Positions 1 through 8,974 of a stretch of 32,562 bases of DNA are shown one piece after another. The notes beneath the pieces were generated by a model. It saw only the letters and a list, made by a program, of their open reading frames with translations. It was not told where the DNA came from and did not search any database. Positions within the stretch are counted from its first letter, which is position 1; each line of letters starts with the position of its first letter. Source of the DNA: PVC group bacterium (GTDB lineage: Bacteria; Auribacterota; Erginobacteria; Erginobacterales; Erginobacteraceae); NCBI GenBank assembly GCA_043804695.1, contig JAZDIV010000152.1, positions 1-32,562 on the forward strand, written 5' to 3'. The translations under genes and the position numbers were made by a program.

Positions 1-1755
1 GGTCTGCTCCACCGGCGACCCGTAGGGGAGGACCGCTGTCACCATGGCATAATCCGACTCCACCCGGGGCATCAGCTCGGTCCCGATCCGTTTCCCCGCC
101 ACGTAGCCCAGGACCAGGACCAGGAGCGCCGCCGCCCCGGCCACGACCAGGTAGCGGTACTGGAGCATCCGGTCCAGGAAAGGGGAGTACTGGGACCGGA
201 CCAGGCGGTAGAACCAGGCACTGAAGACCCGCTGTCGCCGGGTTATCCCTTTCAAAATGAATTCGAGGAAACGGCCGTGCGAGAGATGAGAGGGAAGAAC
301 GAGGAGGCATTCAACCAGGGAGATACTGAAGACGGAGATGACCACGACCGGGATCACCTTCCAGATCTTCCCCATCACCCCGGGCACAAAAAGCAGGGGG
401 CAGAAGGACACGATGTTGGTGAGAACGCTGAAGATGACCGGGACCTTCACCTCCCGGGCCCCGGTGATCGCCGCCTGGATCGGGCTCATCCCCCGCTGGC
501 GGTGCTCGTAGATGTTCTCCGCCACCACGATGGCGTCGTCAACCACGATCCCCAGGGCGATGATGAAGGCGAACATCGACATCATGTTGATCGAGACATC
601 CACTCGGGGGAGAAAGAGAAAGGCTCCCAGGAAGGAGATGGGGATCCCCATCATCACCCAGAAGGCCACCCGGGGCTGGAGAAAGAGCCCGAGGAGAAGC
701 AGAACCAGAAGGAGCCCCCAGAAGCCGTTGGTGAGGAGAAGGGAACCCCGCTGCCGGTAGGACTCCGAGCTGTCGTTGCGAACGTCGATCTTCACGCCGG
801 GGGGATAGCCGGCGTTGAGCGTGTCCATCACCTCCCGGGCCGCCGCCGCGACCCGGGTCGGGGTCTGATCGCCGACCCGGTAGACTTCGAGTTGGATGCA
901 GGGATCCCCGTCATAGGTGGCGAAACGCTCGCTGTCCTCGAACCCGTCGGTGATCTCGGCGATCTCCCCGAGAAGAACCTGTCCCCCGTCCCCGGTCCCG
1001 ATCACGGGGAGAGAGGCGAACTCCTTTCCGAAGTCACGGCGGTCGCTGATCCGGACCAGGATCTCGCCTCCCTCGGTCTTGATCCCGCCTCCCGCCGTCT
1101 CCAGCGCCGACTTCCTGACCAGGTCGGCCACCTCCGGTATGGTCAGGCCGTACTCCCGGAGCCGGTCCCGGTCGATCGAGATCCCGATCTCGTAGTCCCG
1201 GGCCCCCCCCAGCTCGACCTGGGTGATCTCCGGGTTCTGAAGGAGCCGGTCCCGGGCTTGCTCGGCCAGTTCCCGCAAGACGGGCTCGGGCAGGTTGCCG
1301 TGGAGGGCCAGGTCGATGACCTGATGCTGGTGCGTGACCAGGACCACGCTCGGCTCCTCGGCTTCCTCGGGGAAGGTGGTGATCCGGTCCACCTCCTGCT
1401 GGATCTCCTGGTAGACCTTCTGGTTGTCGGCGGCGGCCAAAAGTTCGACGCTGACCGTCCCTCCGCCCTCGCGGGCCACCGAGCTCACCTCGTCCACCCC
1501 CTCCAGCCCCCGGACCGCCTCTTCGATCGAGAGGATGATCCCCTGCTCGATCTCCTCGGGGCTGGCCCCCCGGTAGGTAACGCTGATCCTGACGACATCG
1601 AGGTCGAAGTCGGGGAAGATCTCCTGCTTGATCGAGAAGGCGCTCAAAAGGCCGCCGCAGAGGAGAGTGAGCATCAGCAAGTTGGAGGCGACCGGGTGCC
1701 CGATCATCCAGGCGATCGGTCCCTTCTGATCCTGCGTGTTGGTGGCGCCGATCAC
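1..1755 (-). CDS. AcrB/AcrD/AcrF-family RND efflux permease (5' part; continues past the left edge)
   Basis: Manual translation from GTG at 1755 (GTGA overlap with the MFP stop): MIGATNTQDQKGPIAWMIGHPVASNLLMLTLL...IKQEIFPDFDLDVVRISVTYRGASPEEIE; ALGIVVDDAIVVAENIY motif near 510-560. Absent from the ORF track because there is no stop in the window. Confidence 0.92.
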   Translation of the reverse strand, partial: MIGATNTQDQKGPIAWMIGHPVASNLLMLTLLCGGLLSAFSIKQEIFPDFDLDVVRISVTYRGASPEEIEQGIILSIEEAVRGLEGVDEVSSVAREGGGTVSVELLAAADNQKVYQEIQQEVDRITTFPEEAEEPSVVLVTHQHQVIDLALHGNLPEPVLRELAEQARDRLLQNPEITQVELGGARDYEIGISIDRDRLREYGLTIPEVADLVRKSALETAGGGIKTEGGEILVRISDRRDFGKEFASLPVIGTGDGGQVLLGEIAEITDGFEDSERFATYDGDPCIQLEVYRVGDQTPTRVAAAAREVMDTLNAGYPPGVKIDVRNDSSESYRQRGSLLLTNGFWGLLLVLLLLGLFLQPRVAFWVMMGIPISFLGAFLFLPRVDVSINMMSMFAFIIALGIVVDDAIVVAENIYEHRQRGMSPIQAAITGAREVKVPVIFSVLTNIVSFCPLLFVPGVMGKIWKVIPVVVISVFSISLVECLLVLPSHLSHGRFLEFILKGITRRQRVFSAWFYRLVRSQYSPFLDRMLQYRYLVVAGAAALLVLVLGYVAGKRIGTELMPRVESDYAMVTAVLPYGSPVEQT

Positions 1756-2951
1756 TGCTCATCCTCCCCGGGACGATCGACAACCCTGAGCAGCATCCCC
1801 TCGACCGGGGCGGCGAGGTCGCTCACCACCAGGAGCCGCCCCGGCTCCAGGCCGTCTCGGACCAGGACCCGGTCTTTTCCGCCCCAGGCGATCTCGACCG
1901 GCCTGATCTCGAGGCGGCTGTCCTCGCTGATCAGCCATACTTTCCCCGCGCCCCGCAGCGCCCTGCGGGGTATCGGGAACACTTTCTCCATCTTTCTGCC
2001 CCGGATCTGAGCGCTCACGTACATCCCCAGGAGCAGGTAACGGTCGGGATCCGCGAGCGGGCCTGGCACCGAGACGATGGCCCGGGCCAGGCGTCCCTTC
2101 TCCTCAAGGTCGGCCTGCTTCCTGATCACGCGCCCGTCCCACTCCATCCCCTCTTTCTGTCGTCCGGCCGGATTCAGTTTTACCGCGGCTCCTTCTTCGC
2201 CCGTCCCGGCCGAGAACATGGCCAACCCGGCGACCGGGAGCGTCAGGCTGACCCAGAACTCGTCGGTTCCGGCCAGGGTGCCGAGCACGGTCGAGGAAGA
2301 GACCTGGGTCCCGACCTCCACGTCCTTCGTGAGCACGACCGCGTTAAAAGGGGCCGGGACCGATGTCCGCGCCAGATCCAGCTCGGCCTGCTGAAGAGCC
2401 GCCCGGGCGGAGGAGAGGGCGGCCTCGGCCTGCTGGAGCTGCGGCAGCCGCAGCGCCAGTTCACTGTCGAGTTCGGCTGTTTCCACCCGGTCGCTCAGAA
2501 GCGACCATTCGTGACGGGCGATGTCCTGCCGTCCCATCTCGATCCGGTATTCCTGTTCAGCCTGTACCACCTGCGCCTTCTGACGTTCCACCGCCAGGCG
2601 GTAGTCTTCCGGGTCTATCCGGAGCACCTCTTCCCCGGCCGCCAGCCGTCCCCCGGGGACGAACGAGGGGTTCATCCGGACAATCTGCCCGGAGACCCGG
2701 GACTGGAGACTGACCTGGTGGGCCGGGACGACCGTGCCCGTGGCCTCGATGATTACTTCCCCGTCTCCCCTGACCAGGGGTGCCGCCTCGACCAGGGCGG
2801 CCCTCTCCTGGGGAGGCCGGACGGCGGGGCGGGGGGCGGTCCTGATCAGACGCCAGGCGACTCCGATGGCGACGAGAAGGATCAGGAGGGAGAGAAGAAA
2901 TACCCGGATCCGGGATGGGGACCGGGCCTTACTCTTGGTGTGATTATTCAT
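1752..2951 (-). CDS. RND efflux periplasmic adaptor (membrane fusion protein)
   Basis: N-terminal TM helix, lipoyl-like halves (VSGQIV / APFNAVV), coiled-coil hairpin; sits directly upstream of the RND permease. Confidence 0.92.
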   Translation of the reverse strand: MNNHTKSKARSPSRIRVFLLSLLILLVAIGVAWRLIRTAPRPAVRPPQERAALVEAAPLVRGDGEVIIEATGTVVPAHQVSLQSRVSGQIVRMNPSFVPGGRLAAGEEVLRIDPEDYRLAVERQKAQVVQAEQEYRIEMGRQDIARHEWSLLSDRVETAELDSELALRLPQLQQAEAALSSARAALQQAELDLARTSVPAPFNAVVLTKDVEVGTQVSSSTVLGTLAGTDEFWVSLTLPVAGLAMFSAGTGEEGAAVKLNPAGRQKEGMEWDGRVIRKQADLEEKGRLARAIVSVPGPLADPDRYLLLGMYVSAQIRGRKMEKVFPIPRRALRGAGKVWLISEDSRLEIRPVEIAWGGKDRVLVRDGLEPGRLLVVSDLAAPVEGMLLRVVDRPGEDEQ

Positions 2952-3041
2952 GGTATGATTCCTTATCCCGTGAGTTATTCCCCCGCCGCGCCCCCGTTAT
3001 TAACAGACGATTGAATGTGATTGGATATGATTGACCACGAC

Positions 3042-3083
3042 GTTGAACGTTGAGCGTTGAGCGTTGAGCGTTGAAAGTTGAAC
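3042..3083. repeat. Tandem heptamer (GTTGARC) x6
   Basis: gttgaac gttgagc gttgagc gttgagc gttgaaa gttgaac. Confidence 0.85.
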
Positions 3084-3102
3084 GTTCATTTTTTCAACGT
3101 CC

Positions 3103-3128
3103 GGGCGAACACGGGGGTTCGCCCCTAC
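3103..3128 (-). repeat. GTAG-type REP palindrome
   Basis: Minus strand GTAGGGGCGAACCCCCGTGTTCGCCC: GTAG tetranucleotide followed by a GGGCGAAC/GTTCGCCC stem. Confidence 0.7.
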
Positions 3129-3185
3129 AATTTGTTCGATATTCGGTATTCGATATTCTGCGGTTCGTTATTCGCTTTTCCTTCG

Positions 3186-4646
3186 TTATTCGGATTTCGT
3201 CATTTTTTCGTCATTCGTCATTTGGAATTCGTCCTTGTTTTCTCCCTCCTCTTCCCATCCTCCCCCCAGTGCGCGGTAGAGGCCGACCCGATAGAGAACA
3301 AGGTCGCGCTGCGCGGCCAGCATTTCCCGCTCCAGGGTCTGAACCGAGGTGAGGGAGGCGAGGACGTCGAGGTATTCGCTGTCCCCCTTGCGGTAACGGA
3401 GGAGGGCTTCCGCGAGCGCGTTCCTGGCGGCGGTCAGCTCCCTTCCCAGGGAGCCGATGTACTCACCCTGTTTCCGCTCCCGGACCAGCGCGTCCTCCAC
3501 CTCCCGAAAGGCGTTGAGGACCGTCTCCCGGTAGGAGGCCAGCCATTCGTCGGAGACGGCGAGGGCCCGGTCGGCTTCGGCGGAGCGCCGTCCGCCGTCG
3601 ATCAGGGGCGCCAGGAGGCCGGCCGCGAACCCGGCAAACCAGCTATTGAAGAGCTCGTTGAAATCATCGGAACGGTAGCTGGCCGACCCGGTCAGGGTCA
3701 GGGCCGGGAGACGGTTGGCCCGGGCCGCCGAGACCGCCCAGTCCGCCGATTCCAGGCGGAAAAAGGCGGCGCGGATGTCCGGCCGGTTCTCCAGGAGCAT
3801 GGCCGGGAGACCGATCCGGGGCAGCGGCGTCAGTTCCGGCAGGCTATCGGCCGCAAGTTCCAGGTTGGCCCGGGGGGGTCTCCCCAGGAGAACGGCCAGT
3901 TCATATCGGGTTACGGACAGTTCAGCCTCGAGGAGGGGGACCAGGGATTCGGTCCCGGAGACGATCTGCTCCTGCTGGAAAACGGCGAGCGCGGTCGCCA
4001 GCCCCTTGCGCTGGCGGAGCAGGAGGAGCCGGAGGTAGGTCCGGTTGGTCTCGAGCTGATGCCCGACCAGTTCCAGCCGGGAGTGTAATTCCACCGCCCG
4101 CAGCCAGCGCTCGGTCACCTCTCCGGCCAGGGATATCCGGGCGGCGTCCAGGTCTCCGGCCGAGGCGGAAACCAGGGCTCCGGCCTGGCTTGCCGTCGAT
4201 CGCACCCTTCCCCAGAGATCGATCTCGTAACTCGCGGCCAGCCCCAGTGAATAGTTTTCCGTGGTGGCGGTGGTCCGGTTCCCCGAACTGCCGCTTCGGG
4301 CCCGAATGGCCCCGCCGGCCGCGTTCAGGTCGAGTTCGGGGTAGAGCCCGGCACCGGCGATGACGGCATCGGCCCGGGCCTGGCGCAGCCGCGCCTCGAT
4401 CCGGCGGAGGTCGAAGTTGCCGGCAAAAGCCCCCTCCATCAGCCGGTCGAGTTCGGGGCTTCCGAAGTCTTTCCACCAGTCGACGGAGAAATCGCCCGCC
4501 CCTCCCTCTTCGCTGAATTGCCCGGGAACTTCCGGCTCGAGCGGCTCCTCCCGCTCCGGGAGGAAGGAGCAGGAAAGGGGGAGCACCGCCGCCAGCAGCA
4601 GCGCAAACAAACAAAGTGATCGGGGGCTGTCGATGATCCTTCTCAT
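3186..4646 (-). CDS. Outer-membrane efflux lipoprotein (NodT/OprM/TolC family)
   Basis: Start at ATG 4646 (ATGA overlap with the TetR stop); lipobox-like LSC; motifs WWKDFGSPELDRL, ASYEIDLWG, RPDIRAA, AFREVEDAL, LYRALGGGW. Confidence 0.92.
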   Translation of the reverse strand: MRRIIDSPRSLCLFALLLAAVLPLSCSFLPEREEPLEPEVPGQFSEEGGAGDFSVDWWKDFGSPELDRLMEGAFAGNFDLRRIEARLRQARADAVIAGAGLYPELDLNAAGGAIRARSGSSGNRTTATTENYSLGLAASYEIDLWGRVRSTASQAGALVSASAGDLDAARISLAGEVTERWLRAVELHSRLELVGHQLETNRTYLRLLLLRQRKGLATALAVFQQEQIVSGTESLVPLLEAELSVTRYELAVLLGRPPRANLELAADSLPELTPLPRIGLPAMLLENRPDIRAAFFRLESADWAVSAARANRLPALTLTGSASYRSDDFNELFNSWFAGFAAGLLAPLIDGGRRSAEADRALAVSDEWLASYRETVLNAFREVEDALVRERKQGEYIGSLGRELTAARNALAEALLRYRKGDSEYLDVLASLTSVQTLEREMLAAQRDLVLYRVGLYRALGGGWEEEGENKDEFQMTNDEKMTKSE

Positions 4647-5305
4647 CTGTTGTGACCCGGTTTCCCCGGCCCCCCCCCTGCTCCGGCTTTCTTCAGGGTG
4701 TTCGCGATCCTTCTGATCCCTCCTTCCGCGAACTCCTGCAGGCTCCTGATCAGCAGTTCCACTTTCGCGCTGTCCGGAGTTTTCCCGGCGAAAATTCGCT
4801 GGCGGGCCCTGCTGCCGATATTGAGGAATACGCACATGCTGTGAATGTGGCTGGCTGCCCGGTGGACCTCGATACTGTCCAGGGGGAGACCGAGGATGGC
4901 GCTCACCGCCGCCTCCAGCCGCCGGATCCGGGGGAGAATGAAGCGGGTGAACAGCCGCTCGATTAATTCTCCCTCCATGTTGATGTCTTTCCGCACCAGC
5001 CGGGGAAAACAGCCGCCGGGGCCCTCGTCGAATATCATCAGGACGATCCGGCGGATGTGCTCCCGGAGATACTGCGCCGGGCTTGCCCCGGGATCGATGA
5101 TCCCGTATTTTTCGTTGGCCGCCGCCTCCGCGTGCTCCCAGGCGGCCTCGTAGAGATGCTCCTTGTTGCCGAAGTAATAATTCACCGCCGCGATGTTCGC
5201 TTCCGCGGCCCGGCAGATGCCGGCGATGGTGGTATTCCGGTACCCGCCGGCGGCAAAAAGCCGGCAGGCGGCCTCCAGTATCCTTCTCCTGGTGTTTGTC
5301 TTCAT
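4643..5305 (-). CDS. TetR-family regulator (CecR/CerR-like C-terminus)
   Basis: TRRRILEAACRLFAAGGY...TTIAGICRAAEANIAAVNYYFGNKEHLY is a TetR HTH; first gene of the efflux operon. Confidence 0.92.
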   Translation of the reverse strand: MKTNTRRRILEAACRLFAAGGYRNTTIAGICRAAEANIAAVNYYFGNKEHLYEAAWEHAEAAANEKYGIIDPGASPAQYLREHIRRIVLMIFDEGPGGCFPRLVRKDINMEGELIERLFTRFILPRIRRLEAAVSAILGLPLDSIEVHRAASHIHSMCVFLNIGSRARQRIFAGKTPDSAKVELLIRSLQEFAEGGIRRIANTLKKAGAGGGPGKPGHNR

Positions 5306-5343
5306 GTCATGGACATATCCTGCACGCCCTATGAAACGAAAAA

Positions 5344-5361
5344 TTCAAACATAAGTTTGAA
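5344..5361. promoter_or_regulatory. Candidate TetR operator
   Basis: TTCAAAC-ataa-GTTTGAA perfect 7-bp inverted repeat about 40 bp upstream of the tetR start. Confidence 0.5.
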
Positions 5362-5811
5362 ATAGATATTTTATTCTTTCCCTGAAGTCAAGTATTTTTT
5401 TATATTCTATTTTGTAATCATTTCCGGCCCGCGAACGACAAGTAAAAATATGTTGTAGCCGCATAAATAAAGTAACGAGCTGCGCTCGCTGCTTTATAAT
5501 GGACCCGACTTCGTCGGGTCTGTTGGTTAACGATACTATTATCATAGAGGCAACACTTCTAATAAGGCCTTATAACCTCAGCCAACGTTTTACCTCTAAA
5601 GCATGGGTTATCTGTAGACTGAAATCTGCATAGCTATTATTGAAATTCCGAAGCAGCAAGGTTACTATTTGCAATATGTTGAACGATAAGTATCATCCAG
5701 GATAACTGCTATAATGCTTTGATTGAGTGTCAGAGAGAGAAGGGTGATGACCCCGGAAAGGAAAAATACCATGTGCAGTCTGGAAACAATCCGGGTCGAA
5801 GGGAGGGCGGC

Positions 5812-7110
5812 ATGATCTTTATCCAGGGAATGCGCCGGCTGCTTCCGCTTTTCCTGCTGGCTGCCTGCCCGGTCTTCCTGTCCGCGGAGGAGGCGGAAGT
5901 TCCGCTCACCTGGGAGGAGTGCGTGGCGTCGGCCCGGCAGCACAACCCCGGCCTGAAAGCGGCGGAAGCGGCGGTGGAACAGGCCTCCGCGACCAAGGGC
6001 AAGACGAGGAGCAGTCTCCTCCCCTCGGTCAGCTTCGGTCTCGACGCCGACCGGTCCAAAACGTCCGGCGATGATCCGGGGGATTCCTACGGATATTCCC
6101 TGAGCGCCCGGCAGCTTCTTTTCGACGGTTTAAAAAGCTGGTATGATCTTGATCAGTCTGACCGGGACTTTATCTCGTCACTGTACAGCTACGATGTGAC
6201 CTCGTCGACGATCCGCCTGAATCTGGCCACCGCCTTTATCGAATTGCTGAGGTCCCAGGGGTGGCTGGAGATCTCCCGCGACATTATCCGCCGCCGGAGC
6301 CAGCAGCTGGAGATGGTCAAGCTCCGCTATGAGGCCGGCCGGGAGCACAAGGGGGCGTTGATGACGTCCCGGGCCAATTACGCCCAGGCCGAGTTTGATC
6401 TCACCCAGGCGCGGCGGGACATCCTCCTGGCCCGGCAGCAGCTGGTAAAAGAGATGGGGCTGACCGATGTTCTACCGTACCGGGCGGAGGGCGATCTGGC
6501 GGTCGCCGTCGGCGTCGCGGGCGATCAGGATCCGACCCGGCTCGCCGCCTCTCATCCCGCGGTCCTGATGATGACCGCCCGGAAAGAGGCCGCCGAATAC
6601 GCGGTGAAGTCTGCCTGGTCCCAATTCTTCCCCGAGGTTTACGGCACCGCCCGGATCGGCCGGAGCGATTCGGAGTGGCCGCCCGCCTCGGAGTCCTGGG
6701 CGCTGGGGATCAGTCTCTCGCTTCCCCTCTTCGAAGGGGGCGGGAGGATCGAGGAGAAGATCCGCGCCTCGGCCGCCCTCCGGGGGGCAGCCGAGGAGGA
6801 GAGGAGCGAGCTGGACGGCGTTCTCTACACCCTCCGGGAGCGATGGAAGGATCTGAACGACGCGGTTGACCGCCTGACGGTCCAGAAGATGTACCTGGAC
6901 GCGGATCAGGAGCGGTCCCGGATCGCCGAGGCCCAGTACGGAAACGGGTTGCTCACGTTCGACAACTGGATCATCATCGAGGACAACCTGGTCAGGACCA
7001 AGAAAACCTATCTGGAAGCTCAGGCCGCCGCCCTGGCGGCGCAGGCCCGGTGGCTGAACGCGCAGGGGGTGCCTCTCGTTCCGGGGGGCGTTTTCGAGGG
7101 GAGCCGATAA
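5812..7110 (+). CDS. TolC-family outer membrane efflux protein
   Basis: GGAGG RBS before ATG 5812; signal peptide; motifs ARQHNPGLKAA, RQLLFDG, SLPLFEGG. Confidence 0.88.
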   Translation: MIFIQGMRRLLPLFLLAACPVFLSAEEAEVPLTWEECVASARQHNPGLKAAEAAVEQASATKGKTRSSLLPSVSFGLDADRSKTSGDDPGDSYGYSLSARQLLFDGLKSWYDLDQSDRDFISSLYSYDVTSSTIRLNLATAFIELLRSQGWLEISRDIIRRRSQQLEMVKLRYEAGREHKGALMTSRANYAQAEFDLTQARRDILLARQQLVKEMGLTDVLPYRAEGDLAVAVGVAGDQDPTRLAASHPAVLMMTARKEAAEYAVKSAWSQFFPEVYGTARIGRSDSEWPPASESWALGISLSLPLFEGGGRIEEKIRASAALRGAAEEERSELDGVLYTLRERWKDLNDAVDRLTVQKMYLDADQERSRIAEAQYGNGLLTFDNWIIIEDNLVRTKKTYLEAQAAALAAQARWLNAQGVPLVPGGVFEGSR

Positions 7111-7126
7111 AGGAGATGGGGAAGTT

Positions 7127-8095
7127 ATGACAAAAAAGAAGATGTTCGTGCTGCTGGCCGCCGCGGCGGCGGCCGCCGTTTTCGCGATCATTGTCCTTTG
7201 GCAGCTCTCTTCCGGCGTCGGCCCGGAAGAATCGGTCGTGGAAGTCCCGGCGACCAGGGGAGACATCGTGGTCTCCATCTCCACCACGGGGGTGGTTGAG
7301 CCCCAGAATCGCCTGGAGATCAAGCCGACGGTGGCGGGCCGGATCGAGAAGATCATGGTCGTTGAAGGCGACCGGGTGAGCGCCGGGCAGGAGCTGGCCC
7401 TGCTCAGCTCGACCGATCGGGCGACCCTGCTCGATGCCGCCCGGAAGCAGGGAGCGGAAGCCCTTGCTTACTGGGAGGAGGTGTACAAGGCCAGCCCTCT
7501 GATCGCCCCCATCGCCGGCGAGGTCATCGTCCGGGCGGCGGAGCCCGGTCAGACGGTCGCCGCCTCCGACCCGGTCCTGGTTCTCTCCGACCGGCTGATC
7601 GTCACCGCCCAGGTCGACGAGACCGATATCGGGGGGGTGAAGGTGGGCCAGCCCGCGTTCGTCAGCCTGGACGCCTACCCGGAGACCAGGATCAGGAGCG
7701 TGGTGGATCACATCGCCTATGAATCGGAGGTGGTGAACAACGTCACCATCTACCAGGTCGATATTCTCCCCGAGTCGATTCCGGATATCTTCCGTTCCGG
7801 GATGAGCGCCAATGTCGAAATCCTGAAGGAGGAGAAAAGGAACGTGCTGACTCTCCCCGAGACGGCCGTCCGCCGGGGCCGGGGGAGCAGTTCCGTCCTT
7901 GTCCGCCGGTCGGCGGGGGCGGCGCCGGAATCGCGGGAGGTGGAAACCGGGGTCTCCGACGGGGAGAATGTGGAGATCATCTCCGGCCTGGAAGAAGGGG
8001 AGACGGCCCTGATCGTTCCCCGGAAGCAGGCGTCGGCCGAACGGCCGGCCTCCGGAACAAATCCCTTCCTGCCCGCCCGCGGCCGCCGCCACTGA
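7127..8095 (+). CDS. MacA-like efflux periplasmic adaptor
   Basis: N-terminal TM; motifs GDIVVSISTTGVVEP, APIAGEV, VDETDIG, GMSANVEI, VETGVSDG. Confidence 0.88.
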   Translation: MTKKKMFVLLAAAAAAAVFAIIVLWQLSSGVGPEESVVEVPATRGDIVVSISTTGVVEPQNRLEIKPTVAGRIEKIMVVEGDRVSAGQELALLSSTDRATLLDAARKQGAEALAYWEEVYKASPLIAPIAGEVIVRAAEPGQTVAASDPVLVLSDRLIVTAQVDETDIGGVKVGQPAFVSLDAYPETRIRSVVDHIAYESEVVNNVTIYQVDILPESIPDIFRSGMSANVEILKEEKRNVLTLPETAVRRGRGSSSVLVRRSAGAAPESREVETGVSDGENVEIISGLEEGETALIVPRKQASAERPASGTNPFLPARGRRH

Positions 8096-8222
8096 GGCAT
8101 TCGAGAGCCGGGATTCATTCCTCGTTCGCCAGGCAACATGGAAACCACCGGCTCGGGCCGGACGCGCCCCCGACGTGCGTTATCCAAATACGGTGGATTT
8201 CATTGTTGTGCCATGGCATTGT

Positions 8223-8441
8223 TTACGCGTATACCAGTCGGCCCTTCGGTTGCGGAACGGGCCGACCAAGCTCCTTGGCCGTTTTAATCCACTCCTGAAT
8301 GATTTGCTCCGCGTTCGCGAGAGCCTCATGGTATGTCTTGCCGTCTGCCATGCAACCCGGGAGTTCCGGCACCTCGGCGACGAACGCGTCATCTTCCTCA
8401 CTCCAGAAAATAATGATCTCGTATCTTGAATCCATGATCAT
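8223..8441 (-). CDS. hicB: HicB-family antitoxin
   Basis: YEIIIFWSEEDDAFVAEVPELPGCMADGKTYHEALANA is the canonical short HicB signature. Confidence 0.92.
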   Translation of the reverse strand: MIMDSRYEIIIFWSEEDDAFVAEVPELPGCMADGKTYHEALANAEQIIQEWIKTAKELGRPVPQPKGRLVYA

Positions 8442-8692
8442 TCCCCCAATCTCAGATTGTATTGCAAAATTACGCCACGCACCTGCTTGACTTGGTACGC
8501 TTTTCCTTTGCCGTTTTTGGGATGCAGGTTCAGGATCTCTTCTACTCCGGTCATTGTGAAGATGTGGTGGTCTCCTCTGATGCGTTCATCAAACCCGATC
8601 TGCCTGAGAAGTGCACACAAACCGTCAAAGGGCACATTGGCGTCCGATCGGCGCATCAGAATATGCCGGTATAGTTTCTCGTGCTTTCCCAT
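8438..8692 (-). CDS. hicA: HicA-family toxin
   Basis: GFDERIRGDHHIF...ILNLHPKNGKGKAYQVKQV; overlaps the hicB start. Confidence 0.9.
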   Translation of the reverse strand: MGKHEKLYRHILMRRSDANVPFDGLCALLRQIGFDERIRGDHHIFTMTGVEEILNLHPKNGKGKAYQVKQVRGVILQYNLRLGE

Positions 8693-8850
8693 GGCGATAC
8701 GAAAGTAACTGTTGACCTTTATAGGCTATTTCATTCTCTGGCCCAACATTATATTATTCACCGCTCCTCATGATTATTTTTGCATATCGGAAAAATAATT
8801 ACAGCAAAAATACGATCAATACATCGATGCCATCCCTCCGTTCGCCGGAC

Positions 8851-8922
8851 GGCGAACGACAAAGCTCACTGGAAGGGATGGAGCGCAGCGGAATTGCCAA
8901 CCAGTAAAGCGCCTTGTTATAT
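8851..8922 (-). mobile_element. Integron attC recombination site
   Basis: Minus strand: R'' ATATAAC, 5-bp spacer, L'' GCTTTACT(GG), central loop, (CC)AGTGAGC L', 6-bp spacer, R' GTTCGCC; the L arms pair with one extrahelical base. Confidence 0.8.
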
Positions 8923-8974
8923 GCCTGCCTAATGCGCTATCCTTCTCGTGTATTTGAATAATCTTGCCATTTCT

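Noticed and set aside
277..2010. 577-aa plus-strand ORF, and similar long antisense ORFs (9893-11692, 17638-19032, 22303-23460, 23480-24274)
   Set aside because: Shadow frames opposite well-supported GC-rich genes; no recognisable motifs.
5430..5530. Hairpins in the AT-rich tetR/tolC intergenic region (ATAAAG..CTTTAT; GACCCGAC/GTCGGGTC) as a possible attC
   Set aside because: Could not assign matching R''/L''/L'/R' boxes; at most a remnant.
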